Shown here piece by piece: positions 25,788-36,359 of a stretch of DNA of 64,000 nt. The notes beneath the pieces were generated by a model. That model was given only the letters and a program-made list of their open reading frames with translations, ran no database searches and was not told the DNA's origin. The stretch is taken from assembly GCA_011605725.1 (NCBI GenBank), contig JAAOZP010000004.1, positions 64,001 through 128,000 of the forward strand. The letters are read 5' to 3'. A program made the position numbers and the translations under genes. The number at the start of each line of letters is the position of its first letter. The stretch's first letter is position 1. Origin of the DNA: Nitrososphaerota archaeon (GTDB lineage Archaea > Thermoproteota > EX4484-205 > JAAOZP01).

Positions 25788-28419
25788 GTATCGCCGCCAG
25801 AACCTCCTTGTGAAGCCTTTCGAGAAGAGTCCTCTTATCCTCCATGAGCACAACGTCTGAGAAGCTTGAAACAAGCAGGGAATGGGAAAGGGGTGAAGCA
25901 ACCCTGCTGGGCCTGCAGACCAATGGGCTCCTCACGCCTTTTTCAAGCTCAGATACGAATCTAATCGCATTCTTAATATCCATCACGTCTTCAAGGATCT
26001 CCCTGTATGTTTCCCTCATAACTGGGAAATCCTTCAAATCTTTCACGGCTTTAAGAATATGCTCAGAGTTCAACTGGAGTTTAGAGACAACCACTTCATG
26101 ACCCTTATAGTTCCTGAGGATCATGAAGCTCCTGACAGCAACATGTCTAAACCTATGTTTCAACATGTCTGTCTTTTCAATCGACGAAACCACGAGTTCA
26201 CGAAGATTTGAAGAGCTTATTGATTTAACAACCCTTTCCGGGTCAATCCTGTATTTAGGTGGGAGTATCAGCAGGAAACCATTATCGCTCACCGCGATCT
26301 GTATTGAAACGGATCCCAATAGGCTTGACGCTGCTACTGCGAATGCTCTTGAAAGAACATCGTTAACCCTTCTCCCGACTAGGCTGTGGAAAACAACGAT
26401 CTGTCTATCTGATTCATCAACATAGTTCTCAACTATTAAAGAGCCCCTCCTAATATACGGGAGTATACCTATGTTGTTAAAATATTCAGCAGTTATCCTG
26501 AGATAGTCGTAGAGGGCGACGGCTGTCTTCCTATCTATCTTGAAATAATCCATGTATTGTTTAACCCGGTCCTCCTTCCTGTCGAACAGAATCGTCTGAA
26601 GCTCCCTTATCCTGAACTCGTCTATCATGCTGGCCAAGTCATAGGAGAGTGGAAGCATTTCGGAGAACCATTGAGGCACAGTCGGCCTCTCACCCTCAGC
26701 AGGCTCCACAATAAGCTTCATTAAACGGCTTTTCAAACACCTGTATGGCCTGCCCCCGAGTAGAAAGATATCGCCTGGGGAAAGCCTTTCGAAAAACTCC
26801 TCCTCAATGTTTCCAACAGGCTTGTTGTCTCTAGTGAAAACCTTGACCATCGCCATGTCTGGTATTGTGCCAGTGTTAGTCATGTAGATCACTCTAGCAA
26901 GATTACCTCTTCTTCCAAAAACTCCCGCAGCCTCGTCAAGCCAAATCTTCCCGTAAACCTTGTAGCCCTCAAGCTGCCTGTAATACCCGCTTAAATATCT
27001 TAGAACACTTACGAAGTCCTCCATCGTCAGGTTTCTAAAATTGTATGACCTCTTAACAAGACTATAGGCTTCCTCGATTTTCCATTTTCTTTCAACAGCC
27101 ATGCCTACGATATGCTGGGCCAAAACGTCAAGAGGGTTCTCTGGAATATAGGCTTCGTCAAGTCTTCCTGCTTCAGCAGCCTTAGACATCACGAGAACCT
27201 CCAGAAGATCATCTCTCTCCATCGGTATGAAGACTCCTTTTGAAACAGCCTCAAGAGAATGGCCTGAACGCCCTACTCTTTGAATAGCCCGGGTTACAGA
27301 CTTTGGGGAGCCTATTTGAACAACACAGTCTATGAAGCCGATGTCTATCCCTAGTTCAAGAGAGGTGCTTGTGACAACAGCTTTAAGCCTTCCCTTCTTC
27401 AACTTTTCTTCAACATCCAGCCTAACTTCGCGCGAGAGAGAGGAATGGTGGGCAGCATACTCGTCCTCGCTTAACACGCTTTTAGGCCTGAGCCTCTTAA
27501 GATGGTATACAACCCTCTCAGTGCTGCTCCGCGTGTTCGTGAAGATGAGGGTAGTCCTGTTACGCCTTATGATTTCATTTATCAGCCTGTACATTCTTCT
27601 GCTGAGCTCTTCAGCAGGCGTGTGCACGAGGTCGTGGTGTGGCGATACGACTTTAAGCTCAAACCTCTTTGAAGCATGAACATCCACTATGGTGCAGGGC
27701 CGCGGCGAGGAATCTTCATACCCGGCGAGGTAGGCAGCAATCTTCTCTAACGGGTGGATGGTTGCAGACAGGCCTATTCTCTGGAAATCTTGCCCGGAAA
27801 AGCTTCTCAGCCTTTCAAGGCTTAGTGAGAGATGGGCACCCCTTTTAGAGCTGCAGAGCTCATGAATCTCATCCACCACAACCCATCTGACACCTTTGAG
27901 AAGGGATCTGAATTTCGGCGCCACGAGAATTATGGATAAGCTTTCAGGAGTCGTTATTAGTATGTGGGGAGGCTTCTTAAGCATCCTTCCTCTTTCAGAA
28001 GTTTTAGTGTCTCCCGTCCTAACGTGAATCCTTATCTCTGGAAGCGAAACCCCTTTCTCTTCAGCAAGCCTCCTTAGCTCTTCCAAAGGCTGTGAAAGAT
28101 TCTTTCTCACGTCGTTGTTTAAAGATCGGAGGGGGGAAACATAAACGCAGTAAACCCTGTCTTCAAGCCTACCTTCAAAACCCATTTTAATCAAATCATC
28201 CAGGATTGTTAGGAAGCATGCGAGCGTCTTACCGCTTCCGGTTGGCGCAGAGATCAGCGTGTTCTCACCTCTCCTGATAGGCATTATCCCGTAGGACTGT
28301 GGCGGGGTCAATCCCTTGAACCTGCTTCTGAACCATTCTCCAACTATAGGGTGAAGTATCTTAACAACATCCTCGAGCGAACTCTTAACATTGTAGAACC
28401 TGTAGGACTCCCCTGACAT
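25774..28419 (-). CDS. lhr: Lhr-core ATP-dependent helicase
   Basis: APTGSGKT, DEIH, LSAT, HHSSL, LELGID, QRVGRSGH. Confidence 0.95.
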   Translation of the reverse strand: MSGESYRFYNVKSSLEDVVKILHPIVGEWFRSRFKGLTPPQSYGIMPIRRGENTLISAPTGSGKTLACFLTILDDLIKMGFEGRLEDRVYCVYVSPLRSLNNDVRKNLSQPLEELRRLAEEKGVSLPEIRIHVRTGDTKTSERGRMLKKPPHILITTPESLSIILVAPKFRSLLKGVRWVVVDEIHELCSSKRGAHLSLSLERLRSFSGQDFQRIGLSATIHPLEKIAAYLAGYEDSSPRPCTIVDVHASKRFELKVVSPHHDLVHTPAEELSRRMYRLINEIIRRNRTTLIFTNTRSSTERVVYHLKRLRPKSVLSEDEYAAHHSSLSREVRLDVEEKLKKGRLKAVVTSTSLELGIDIGFIDCVVQIGSPKSVTRAIQRVGRSGHSLEAVSKGVFIPMERDDLLEVLVMSKAAEAGRLDEAYIPENPLDVLAQHIVGMAVERKWKIEEAYSLVKRSYNFRNLTMEDFVSVLRYLSGYYRQLEGYKVYGKIWLDEAAGVFGRRGNLARVIYMTNTGTIPDMAMVKVFTRDNKPVGNIEEEFFERLSPGDIFLLGGRPYRCLKSRLMKLIVEPAEGERPTVPQWFSEMLPLSYDLASMIDEFRIRELQTILFDRKEDRVKQYMDYFKIDRKTAVALYDYLRITAEYFNNIGILPYIRRGSLIVENYVDESDRQIVVFHSLVGRRVNDVLSRAFAVAASSLLGSVSIQIAVSDNGFLLILPPKYRIDPERVVKSISSSNLRELVVSSIEKTDMLKHRFRHVAVRSFMILRNYKGHEVVVSKLQLNSEHILKAVKDLKDFPVMRETYREILEDVMDIKNAIRFVSELEKGVRSPLVCRPSRVASPLSHSLLVSSFSDVVLMEDKRTLLERLHKEVLAAIHAVN

Positions 28420-28471
28420 TACTCAGGCTCCTTCGAAAGTTATGCTTAAGATAGTATTGATAAACCTTCCC

Positions 28472-29068
28472 CTACCTTCCTCTCCGCCGAGGCATCACTA
28501 TCAGGCCTTCATCAGGATCACCATAAGCCTCGTAATCACCCTCGTAAAACATTTTCGCCACGAGCGCGGCAGTAACAGCATCAAGCTCATGGTGGGTCTC
28601 AACTTTCTCAAGCCCCCTTATTTTAAGACGCGCCAATCCTTTTCGAAGCTTCTCAACACCGTGAGATTTACGAGGTATTTTAAGAATATCTTGAGCTCCA
28701 CCAGGATAAACCTCTATAACCTTGAAACCGGAAGAGTCGAGCATTTTCTTAAGCCGGATGCCTCTCTCCGTCAGCATTCGCATTGGTCCCAGTGTGACAG
28801 GGAAAAACTTTATGCCTCTTCTCAAAAGCTCCCTGTCGCAATTCCTAAGGTGAACACTACTCCTCACCTCCAGGCTGACTCTTCCCCTCGGCAGGGAGAG
28901 CGGAGCGTCAATCGCAACCACCGCGGGATTGAAGCGTGAAACCTCCATCATAATCTCCACGTCCGTATGTAGAATCATTGTTTCAACGCTTAGGAACTCG
29001 TTTAGAACCGCGAAACCACTGGGCCTGGTCTCCACCCCGGCTAGATCTATACCTGTGAAAAACATCAT
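28472..29068 (-). CDS. DUF429 predicted RNase H-fold nuclease
   Basis: GIDLAG, AIDAPL, IEVYP, HELDA; ATGA overlap with tatD. Confidence 0.85.
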   Translation of the reverse strand: MMFFTGIDLAGVETRPSGFAVLNEFLSVETMILHTDVEIMMEVSRFNPAVVAIDAPLSLPRGRVSLEVRSSVHLRNCDRELLRRGIKFFPVTLGPMRMLTERGIRLKKMLDSSGFKVIEVYPGGAQDILKIPRKSHGVEKLRKGLARLKIRGLEKVETHHELDAVTAALVAKMFYEGDYEAYGDPDEGLIVMPRRRGR

Positions 29069-29826
29069 ATTCTCAACCCGAACAGCCTGCAAGCATTTTT
29101 AGTGGTTTCCTCAGCAACAGTATCAGGGTCGATTTTTTTAATCCTAGATATCTCTCTGAGGCTGAAAACTATGTTCGCAGGCTCATTCCTCTTCAACGGG
29201 TCAACCCCGAGAACCGGAGAGTCCGACTCCAGCAGAATGTTTTCCAGGGGAAGCCTGGCCGCAAGCTTCTGCTTCTGCGGAGACCTCGCTATGGAGGGAG
29301 GAATGCTGAAGAAGAAGCCTGCTTCAACACCCTTCATAGCGTATGAGGCTTTTCCGTCAAAAGCATGCATTAAAACCTTCTTAGCGTTTCTTCCAATAAG
29401 TATGTCGATAGCATCCTTCCCGGCACTTCTAGAGTGAACTATAATGGGAAGATTAAGCCTTTCAGCAAGCCCTATGAAAAACCCGAAAAACCCGATAAGC
29501 CTAGCCCTATCCTCGGGAGCCCTAACCGTATAGTAGTCTAGACCCACTTCACCTATTCCGATTATCCTACTCCTGTTATCCAGGATGATTTTAACCACCT
29601 CTTCATAGTTGACTGAGAAAGGCGCCCCATAGTCAATACCGATGGTTGAGTAAACATAGCCTCTGAACTTCTCTGAAATCCTTAAAGACCTTAAGGCACC
29701 GTCCGGGCCTAGCCCGCAATCCACGATGGCGGCTAAACCGTTCTCCCTAGCTTTCAACACTACACTCTCTAAATCCATCTCGAAAGAACTGTCGCTCAGA
29801 TGTGCATGCGCATCCACGAGCCGCAA
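29065..29826 (-). CDS. tatD: TatD family hydrolase/DNase
   Basis: DAHAHL, GEVGLD, VHSR, MHAF, LESDSP. Confidence 0.95.
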   Translation of the reverse strand: MRLVDAHAHLSDSSFEMDLESVVLKARENGLAAIVDCGLGPDGALRSLRISEKFRGYVYSTIGIDYGAPFSVNYEEVVKIILDNRSRIIGIGEVGLDYYTVRAPEDRARLIGFFGFFIGLAERLNLPIIVHSRSAGKDAIDILIGRNAKKVLMHAFDGKASYAMKGVEAGFFFSIPPSIARSPQKQKLAARLPLENILLESDSPVLGVDPLKRNEPANIVFSLREISRIKKIDPDTVAEETTKNACRLFGLRI

Positions 29827-29894
29827 TGAGACGAGCCAGCCTGCTGGAAGACAGAGATAAACCTTTAACTACCTTAAATCACCATTAAGTCGGA

Positions 29895-30098
29895 ATGGTT
29901 AAGAAGGCAAGTACCAAGCTGTACGTGCTTAATAAGAAGCTGGGTGGAAAAACGTATTCTGCAACAATGCTTTATCTGCCGAGTAAGATCGTCAACGATT
30001 CCGCTTTCCCCCTGAAAAAGAAGGGTAGGCTCATCGTGAAAATAGTTGGCAGCAAGATAGTTATTGAGAATGAGAAGAAGGGCAGGGGGAAGCCTTAA
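29895..30098 (+). CDS. Small basic AbrB/SpoVT-like DNA-binding protein
   Basis: LYLPSKIVNDSAFPLK…LIVKIVGSKIVI pattern. Confidence 0.55.
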   Translation: MVKKASTKLYVLNKKLGGKTYSATMLYLPSKIVNDSAFPLKKKGRLIVKIVGSKIVIENEKKGRGKP

Positions 30099-30496
30099 CC
30101 AAGCCTGTGCTTGAAGCTAGTGAAAGAGGTGTAGATTATTATGAATTGTTCAAGCTCTCTTAGAAAGCCTGTGCTTATATGCCATGATCCCTCTCTTTTC
30201 TCAACGATGCCGGCTCCCACGAGCCCCCTAATCATGTTGTAAAACTGGCCTACAGTGATTCTTCTCCGCCCAACCCAGTTTTTCCACTCGCTCACGTTCA
30301 TCCCTGAAGGACCTCTTGAAACGAGCTCCTCGCAGAAGACCTTTGCCTCAGACGCTAAAAGCGGGCTTCTCCAGAAAATCCTGGAAAACATTTCGTCGAC
30401 AGTAGCCGGAACCCTACCCGCCTTAAAAAGTATTGTAGTACCCTTATGCGTCTGCCTAACTCTTCGGCTCCTTCTAGGCATACGGACTAATTCCAA
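30095..30496 (-). CDS. Hypothetical winged-HTH protein
   Basis: FYNMIRGLVGAGIVEKREGSWHIS; true start uncertain. Confidence 0.55.
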   Translation of the reverse strand: MELVRMPRRSRRVRQTHKGTTILFKAGRVPATVDEMFSRIFWRSPLLASEAKVFCEELVSRGPSGMNVSEWKNWVGRRRITVGQFYNMIRGLVGAGIVEKREGSWHISTGFLRELEQFIIIYTSFTSFKHRLG

Positions 30497-30605
30497 ACGC
30501 TTAGAGAAAAGCCTTACGAGCCGCCTCCCTAGCAGGCGCTAAGCTCTAAACAGGAGAAGCATACTTGCAAGCAGGATGGGAAACAGCCTTTTTAACGCTG
30601 AAGCA

Positions 30606-33173
30606 CTAGGCTATAAAACCATATTCTTCTTGAGCCGGAGGAGGCTGCGGCCTACGTCTCCTTATCCAGAGTAAAGATATTGAAACCGCCAGGACGACAG
30701 CGAAGATTATGACTATAAGGATCAAGTAGAGGTTGCTCACCCTGAAGAAAACCTCTTTAACACCAGTGTTACCGTAAGGATCGGTAGCGTTTATCAAAAC
30801 CATGTAGTCTCCAACCGGATTAGTAACTGGAAGATAATAGTCTCCAACCCACCTGCCACCCTGGTATTTAAGATTTATCATGCTCTTCATGGTTCCTGAG
30901 GAGACAACCGCGGTTACATTCCCGTCTTCAAGCCTTGAAGAATCAGGATATTTCACGATAACTCTTAAGTAGACAGTTTCAAACCCAACCTGATAACTCT
31001 CCTTTAAATCCTCTATCTCAAAGCTTAAAACAGCTTTAGTTATTTCAAGAGGAACAGGGTAGAAACCATAGTTACCATACGTGTCTTTGACAGTAATGTT
31101 CAACACGTTTCGTCCTAAAGCAGCATTCCTTGGGGCACTGACGTTTCCAAACCAAGCTCCTGCTGAGAAGTTCAGGCGGGCGAGAGCCTGCTCAACACCA
31201 TCATGAACCAGCTTAGCGTCTACAAAAGCTCCCTTATCTCGAGAAACATCCTCCAATGTCAGAACATCTTTAGAAGGATATTTCACCACCACTTTAACAA
31301 GTATTTTCTCGGTCCTGGAAAACATGCTGCCAACTGGGGCTAACAGCTCTATGATCAGCCTAGCGGGAACAATACTTATCTCCTGGGAGAAGTCTCCACT
31401 GTTTCCTGAACCGTCTGTCGCGGTTATTCTAAGGATCCAGACCCCGGTTTCCCACATCGCCGGAATCCTCCAAGACAGACTCCACTCTCCAAGGCTGGTC
31501 TTGTCAAGGTTAAACGGGCCCTTCCTAGTCTGGTCCTTGATGAGCTCAAGAGACACGCTGCCGGATGGCAGGGGTGTTCCATCAGGATATGTAACACTGA
31601 CTGAAACGTTTAGCCTAACAGACCTTTCATAAGTCTCGTTAAGCCTGCTCTTTAAAGTAATCCTCAGCTTTGCAGCAGTAAGGGTAAAAGACCTGTTTCC
31701 GGAGCCAGCATTACCATACTGGTCTGAAGCCTCCACCTTGACTAAATATCCCCCTAACGGGTCGGACGGCCCAGTCTTAATACTCTTAAACCAGTATTCG
31801 TCATGCGAGTAATCCATGAATATTTCTCTTCCTTCAACCCCGCCGTAGACGAGCTTCAGCCTCACAACCCCGTTCCAAGGCAGGCTTGAACCATCCTTAT
31901 ATTTCACCCGTACCGTAATGTTTATCGGTTTAACTCTTTCATAGGTTGTAGCATCCATCTCTACAGTAACGTTTAAAACCGCCTTAACCAGAGTAACCTG
32001 CAAAGCATCAGTAACCACCCTCATGTTTTTGAAGTCTAACGCATCGTCACACTCTATGAATGCTGAGAGGACGCCGAGTTGAACATCCACGGGAACTATT
32101 ACCTGCTTGCTTACTTCCCCCTTTGAATCTGTCTCCAGCCTCTGGCTGAAAACCACGTGCGTCGAGTTTCTCAAGTAGAGCATTGCAGAACCGCTGCGCA
32201 CTAGACCGCCAGCCTTAACCAGGATTATCGACTTCCTTTCCCATACTCGCGGCGCATCCCATACGCCAAAATGATACTCGGTGACGCAGCCGCTCCTATT
32301 AACCCGTATAGTGTAGGTTCCTGGAGTAGGGTTGGCAAGACTAATCGTGCGGGAGAAGCCTCCAGTAGAGTTGACGGTTAAACGCTCAGTGCTTAAAAGA
32401 GAACCGTTGGGGTGGAGTATCGTTAGATCAATCGCGGACGTGAAAAACTGGTCTCCAGTAATCTTTACCTGAACATTGCTGGAAGAAGTGTAGACAGGTT
32501 TATCCGTGAGAACCATTGGGGAGAGAAAAATGGAGAACTCGTCGAAAAACGTTTCCACAAACTCTTGAGGAGGGTCGACAACTCCGAGAGATAAGTTCAC
32601 TTGTTTAACGAGAAACAGTTTAACACCGGTCGCGATGGAGATTGTTTGACTACCATTATAAAGTATGGTTAAAGCGTCTGAAGAAGCGTCGAGCCATATG
32701 GTTAAGTTATACCATTTCCCGGTTGAGAAAGTCGCTCCATCATTCCTCCTGTCCAGCCTATAGGCCACTAGCTTAGGGCGTGCAGCATCGTTAACAAAGC
32801 CAAGCTTAACCTCGTATGTTGAAGAATCCGTGAGCGTGAAGATTATTCTTGAGATGTTGAAGCCTGTACCATTGTTTATCTTCAGCATGAAGCTTATTTT
32901 AAAAGAACCCTTAGCGTCGAATATGCGCTGTACGTAGGCACGACTCCCAGGGGATATGCTTATGTTTAAGCATTGCCCGCGGAAGCCGTTGGGAGAGAAA
33001 TAGTAGGCTCCTGAGGCGATGAAGAAGCCTGAGGGAGACGTGTTCAGATTATTGCTGAAGGAAGCGTTGTAAGCGAGTGTAAAGCACGAGTCAGCCTTAA
33101 CGCCGACTGGTATTATTAGGATTGCGAAAAGAAGCAGTGTTGCAGACAGTATTACTACACTATCTTTCAGCAT
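30606..33173 (-). CDS. Large TM-anchored cell-surface protein with Ig-like repeats
   Basis: Signal peptide; four V.YPDG…D.YGN.G repeats; C-terminal TM + RRRR. Confidence 0.85.
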   Translation of the reverse strand: MLKDSVVILSATLLLFAILIIPVGVKADSCFTLAYNASFSNNLNTSPSGFFIASGAYYFSPNGFRGQCLNISISPGSRAYVQRIFDAKGSFKISFMLKINNGTGFNISRIIFTLTDSSTYEVKLGFVNDAARPKLVAYRLDRRNDGATFSTGKWYNLTIWLDASSDALTILYNGSQTISIATGVKLFLVKQVNLSLGVVDPPQEFVETFFDEFSIFLSPMVLTDKPVYTSSSNVQVKITGDQFFTSAIDLTILHPNGSLLSTERLTVNSTGGFSRTISLANPTPGTYTIRVNRSGCVTEYHFGVWDAPRVWERKSIILVKAGGLVRSGSAMLYLRNSTHVVFSQRLETDSKGEVSKQVIVPVDVQLGVLSAFIECDDALDFKNMRVVTDALQVTLVKAVLNVTVEMDATTYERVKPINITVRVKYKDGSSLPWNGVVRLKLVYGGVEGREIFMDYSHDEYWFKSIKTGPSDPLGGYLVKVEASDQYGNAGSGNRSFTLTAAKLRITLKSRLNETYERSVRLNVSVSVTYPDGTPLPSGSVSLELIKDQTRKGPFNLDKTSLGEWSLSWRIPAMWETGVWILRITATDGSGNSGDFSQEISIVPARLIIELLAPVGSMFSRTEKILVKVVVKYPSKDVLTLEDVSRDKGAFVDAKLVHDGVEQALARLNFSAGAWFGNVSAPRNAALGRNVLNITVKDTYGNYGFYPVPLEITKAVLSFEIEDLKESYQVGFETVYLRVIVKYPDSSRLEDGNVTAVVSSGTMKSMINLKYQGGRWVGDYYLPVTNPVGDYMVLINATDPYGNTGVKEVFFRVSNLYLILIVIIFAVVLAVSISLLWIRRRRPQPPPAQEEYGFIA

Positions 33174-33260
33174 CTGTGTTGCATCCTAATCAAGCGTTTT
33201 AAAGGTTTTGTTTAGGTTTGTATAAAAATAAAATAGTCAGGTTTACGGCGGAGGCTCAAC

Positions 33261-33884
33261 CTAGCGCATCCGCCGCCTTACGAATCCAATAATTTTCACC
33301 ATTATACTCCTGAGCCACCCTGTTTTCTCAACCCTCAGCTCTCCTTTAAAAACCATTTCTAAAACCCTACTGTAGGCCTCTGGGTTTCTTGAAGCAAGCA
33401 TGAGAAGCGTCTCTTCACGCAGCCTAGAGCCTTTAGGAGGAGTGGAACCGTTCTCAATGCTTTTTAAAAACTCTTCCTCGCTTTTCCCCGGGCCAACAAT
33501 ACTTGACACAAGGAGGGCAAGTCCTGCTGCGAAAAAAACCATAGGCAGCAAGTATTTTAACGGGTCTTTTTGAGAAGCCTCCCCCATATCCTCAATAATC
33601 GTTACCCCCGAGAGCTGGCTTGAAAGCCTTGAATCGTATTTAACGAGTAGCATGGAGCCCTGGACTAAGGTTTTAAGCGATTCAGGCCTGAAAACCGTTG
33701 AAGAAACGTTGTTGACTAAGCATAGTTCAACCAGCGTATTGTTATGAAGTAGGGCAGTGACACGTATTGAAGCAAGAGTCCCGTTTCCCTCTAGGGTGCT
33801 AGACGGGTTTGAACACGCGTTGAGACAAGTGTTGGCAAGCAGCGTCAAGAGAAACGTTAAACATGCTTTCACGCGCGCCGTCAA
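33261..33884 (-). CDS. Hypothetical membrane protein
   Basis: Signal-like N-terminus and an internal TM. Confidence 0.6.
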   Translation of the reverse strand: MTARVKACLTFLLTLLANTCLNACSNPSSTLEGNGTLASIRVTALLHNNTLVELCLVNNVSSTVFRPESLKTLVQGSMLLVKYDSRLSSQLSGVTIIEDMGEASQKDPLKYLLPMVFFAAGLALLVSSIVGPGKSEEEFLKSIENGSTPPKGSRLREETLLMLASRNPEAYSRVLEMVFKGELRVEKTGWLRSIMVKIIGFVRRRMR

Positions 33885-34034
33885 CCCATTTTAAACCTTG
33901 AAGAGAACCTAATAAGCCCCCATGCGTAACGGCATCAATCCGCCCATCTTATCCTCATCCTTACTCAGATTTTTGAGGCGGTTTTCATCTGCCGGAGAAT
34001 TCTATGCGGAAAAGGTATTTAAGCATTAAGCGTA

Positions 34035-34496
34035 TCACGGCTTTGAACCGGTCAGATTTAAAATCTGCCTTGAAATATTCCTCCAGTGTGAGCCCCTCCA
34101 ATACAGCTTGCCACACACCTTGCACCTCCAGAGTAGATCCACGTTCTTAGGAGCTTCAGGATTCTTCTCAGCTTCTTCAGGGGGAAGGGGTTCAAGCTCG
34201 CCATTGCAAACTGTGCATCTTAAAGAATCCTTTTGGAAAACCAGTTTAAACCTCTCCACCAGGAGTCTTAACACCTCCTCCTCCGTTAAGCCTTTGGTTA
34301 AAACTACTTCAACACCTTTTCTCTCAGCTATTTTCGCAAGCTCGTCGTCAGAAGTAACGAGTATACGGCCGTTTAAAGCGAGTTGAACAATATTTTCATC
34401 ATCAACAGTGTTCAGATAGAGAGTATCATAACCCATTATTCTAAGCCATTTGGCAACATAGCCATGCATGCTGTCAACTAGAAATTTCAGGCTCAA
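34035..34496 (-). CDS. Mut7-C RNase (PIN-like) domain protein
   Basis: KFLVDSM.G..AKWLRIMGYD, CTVCNG, CKVCGKLYWRGSHW. Confidence 0.92.
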   Translation of the reverse strand: MSLKFLVDSMHGYVAKWLRIMGYDTLYLNTVDDENIVQLALNGRILVTSDDELAKIAERKGVEVVLTKGLTEEEVLRLLVERFKLVFQKDSLRCTVCNGELEPLPPEEAEKNPEAPKNVDLLWRCKVCGKLYWRGSHWRNISRQILNLTGSKP

Positions 34497-35379
34497 TCCT
34501 GACAGCCTTTAGAAAATCCATTTCTGTTAAAAAGCCTTCCAGCGAGCCGGATTTAACTACTAGGGCAGACCCATAACTGCTCCTCTTTATTATCTCCCAA
34601 GCCTCAGCAATCCTGGCCTGCGGATCCAGAACAGGCGGATCCTTAACTGTGAAGTCGATAACGCTCATGCGCATAAGCTCGTCTAAAGTCTTTCCAGCAT
34701 GCTTGAAAAACTCCCTGCCGCCGAGAAACCTGATTATTGAGCGGGATGAGAATAGACCTATTGGCTTAGACTTCTCCAAGCATGGTAAACGCCTGTGTCC
34801 AGAGCTGACCATGACTTCAACGCCTTCTCTAAGACTCCTGTCAATCGAGATGCAAACCGGAGACTTAGACATGTAGTCTTCGACAAGCCCGCTTTCCAGC
34901 GAATAGTTACACCTTTCAAGCACATCCCTAACTGTCAACACGGCTTTAAGCCGGTTGCTCTTGTCAACTACTGCAAGACTGTTAACACTCCTCTCCCTCA
35001 TCAACGTTATTGATTCCCGAATGCTTTCAGACTGGAGTATGCTTACCACGTCCCTACTCATGATTCTAGCCACAGGTGTCGACATTATGCTCATAACAGG
35101 TGTTTCAGGAGATTCTCTAGACCTCCAAAGCAGGTGTTTAGCCACCTCCATGGGTGTTACGATCCCCTCTAGAAGACCGCTTGCCGCAGCTACGAAAACC
35201 CTCCTGAAGCCTCTTGCAACCATTGTTTCAAGCAGCCGTGACAAAGGCGTGGTCTTGGTTACTGAGAGCGGCGGGGAAGTAGCGTAGTATAGTACTGTCG
35301 AAGGCGAAGAGTACGACTGGACCCTCTTCCGAGGGCGGTCCTTCATGTATCTTAATCCTTTCTCCCTATTCCTGTTCAA
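34474..35379 (-). CDS. Four-CBS-domain protein
   Basis: Repeated CBS motifs (LEGIVT, AVLTVRD, GLFSSRS, GFLTEMD). Confidence 0.85.
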   Translation of the reverse strand: MNRNREKGLRYMKDRPRKRVQSYSSPSTVLYYATSPPLSVTKTTPLSRLLETMVARGFRRVFVAAASGLLEGIVTPMEVAKHLLWRSRESPETPVMSIMSTPVARIMSRDVVSILQSESIRESITLMRERSVNSLAVVDKSNRLKAVLTVRDVLERCNYSLESGLVEDYMSKSPVCISIDRSLREGVEVMVSSGHRRLPCLEKSKPIGLFSSRSIIRFLGGREFFKHAGKTLDELMRMSVIDFTVKDPPVLDPQARIAEAWEIIKRSSYGSALVVKSGSLEGFLTEMDFLKAVRIEPEISS

Positions 35380-35381
35380 CC

Positions 35382-35951
35382 CTACTCCTCAGAAGCTATC
35401 TTAAGGTCAGCCATGCAGTCTTCGCATAAAAGCCTTCCTTCGACAATGCTCAGCGAGTCAGACCACATTCCACACTCCTCGCAGAATCCTTCGTAAAACT
35501 CTTTCCTTATTATGCTTCTGGAACGCTCCATTTCCGTTTTTTCAATCAGCTCGTATATCGCGGGTATAGCGTACACTAGGTCTCTCTCTGAGACTATTCC
35601 AACAAGCTTCCCTCCCCTTTCGACGCCGAGCTTCTTAATTTTACTCCTCCGCATCTTGTCGAGAGCTTCCACAATACTGCTGTCGCTACTAATCTTTTTC
35701 AGAGGGTTAGACATAACCTCTTTAACCTTCACGAGCCTTGGATCCTTAGATTTAGCCACAACCTTCTCTATAACATCCCTCTCAGTAATTATTCCAACAT
35801 CCTTACCTTCATCATTCACTACGATGAGCGAGCTTATATCGTGGTGAACCATTTGAAGAACAGCTGTGTGGACAGATTCATCCGGACCTATTGATATCAC
35901 TGGGTAGCTCATGACCTCGTCAACGGTTAACGCCTTCCTGCTCGGCTTCAA
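35382..35951 (-). CDS. CBS-pair protein with C-terminal zinc ribbon
   Basis: GIITERD, GIVSERD; GFCEECG…LLCEDC. Confidence 0.9.
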   Translation of the reverse strand: MKPSRKALTVDEVMSYPVISIGPDESVHTAVLQMVHHDISSLIVVNDEGKDVGIITERDVIEKVVAKSKDPRLVKVKEVMSNPLKKISSDSSIVEALDKMRRSKIKKLGVERGGKLVGIVSERDLVYAIPAIYELIEKTEMERSRSIIRKEFYEGFCEECGMWSDSLSIVEGRLLCEDCMADLKIASEE

Positions 35952-36050
35952 CCTCCTCCCCTTTTTGGCTAACTATTGTCTCCTAGAGTATTTAAACTAA
36001 TAGGGGTTAAATTTATCTATAGGGATTCTGGAGAAACATCGTATTAAAAA

Positions 36051-36359
36051 ATGGGTGGGTCTAAGAAGCTTCGGTTAAGCCAGCTGGAGAAAAGGCAGAA
36101 GGAGGAGAGTAAGAAAGAGAAGGCTGAACGCTTAAAAAGCGAGAAGAAAGTGGGTGAAATACTCCGTGAAGAGGATGATAAGATGCTTGAGAAGCTTAAA
36201 GGGGTTAAGGTTTTAACACCGTACGTCGTCTTCAGCCAGACAGGCCTAAAAATGGGGGAGGCTAAGAGGCTTCTGAAACGATTAGAGGAAAAAGGCATAG
36301 TAAAAAGGGTTTCAGGCAACAGCAGCATTCCTGTTTACACGTTTCCTCAAGCCGCTTAA
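36051..36359 (+). CDS. rps25e: 30S ribosomal protein S25e
   Basis: MGGSKK…LEKRQ, KVLTPY, AKRLLKRLEEKGIV. Confidence 0.85.
   Translation: MGGSKKLRLSQLEKRQKEESKKEKAERLKSEKKVGEILREEDDKMLEKLKGVKVLTPYVVFSQTGLKMGEAKRLLKRLEEKGIVKRVSGNSSIPVYTFPQAA

Noticed and set aside
28442-28939. 165-aa + strand ORF; likewise 59467-60039 (-) and 36773-37054 (+)
   Set aside because: Overlap better-supported genes and have no recognisable motifs
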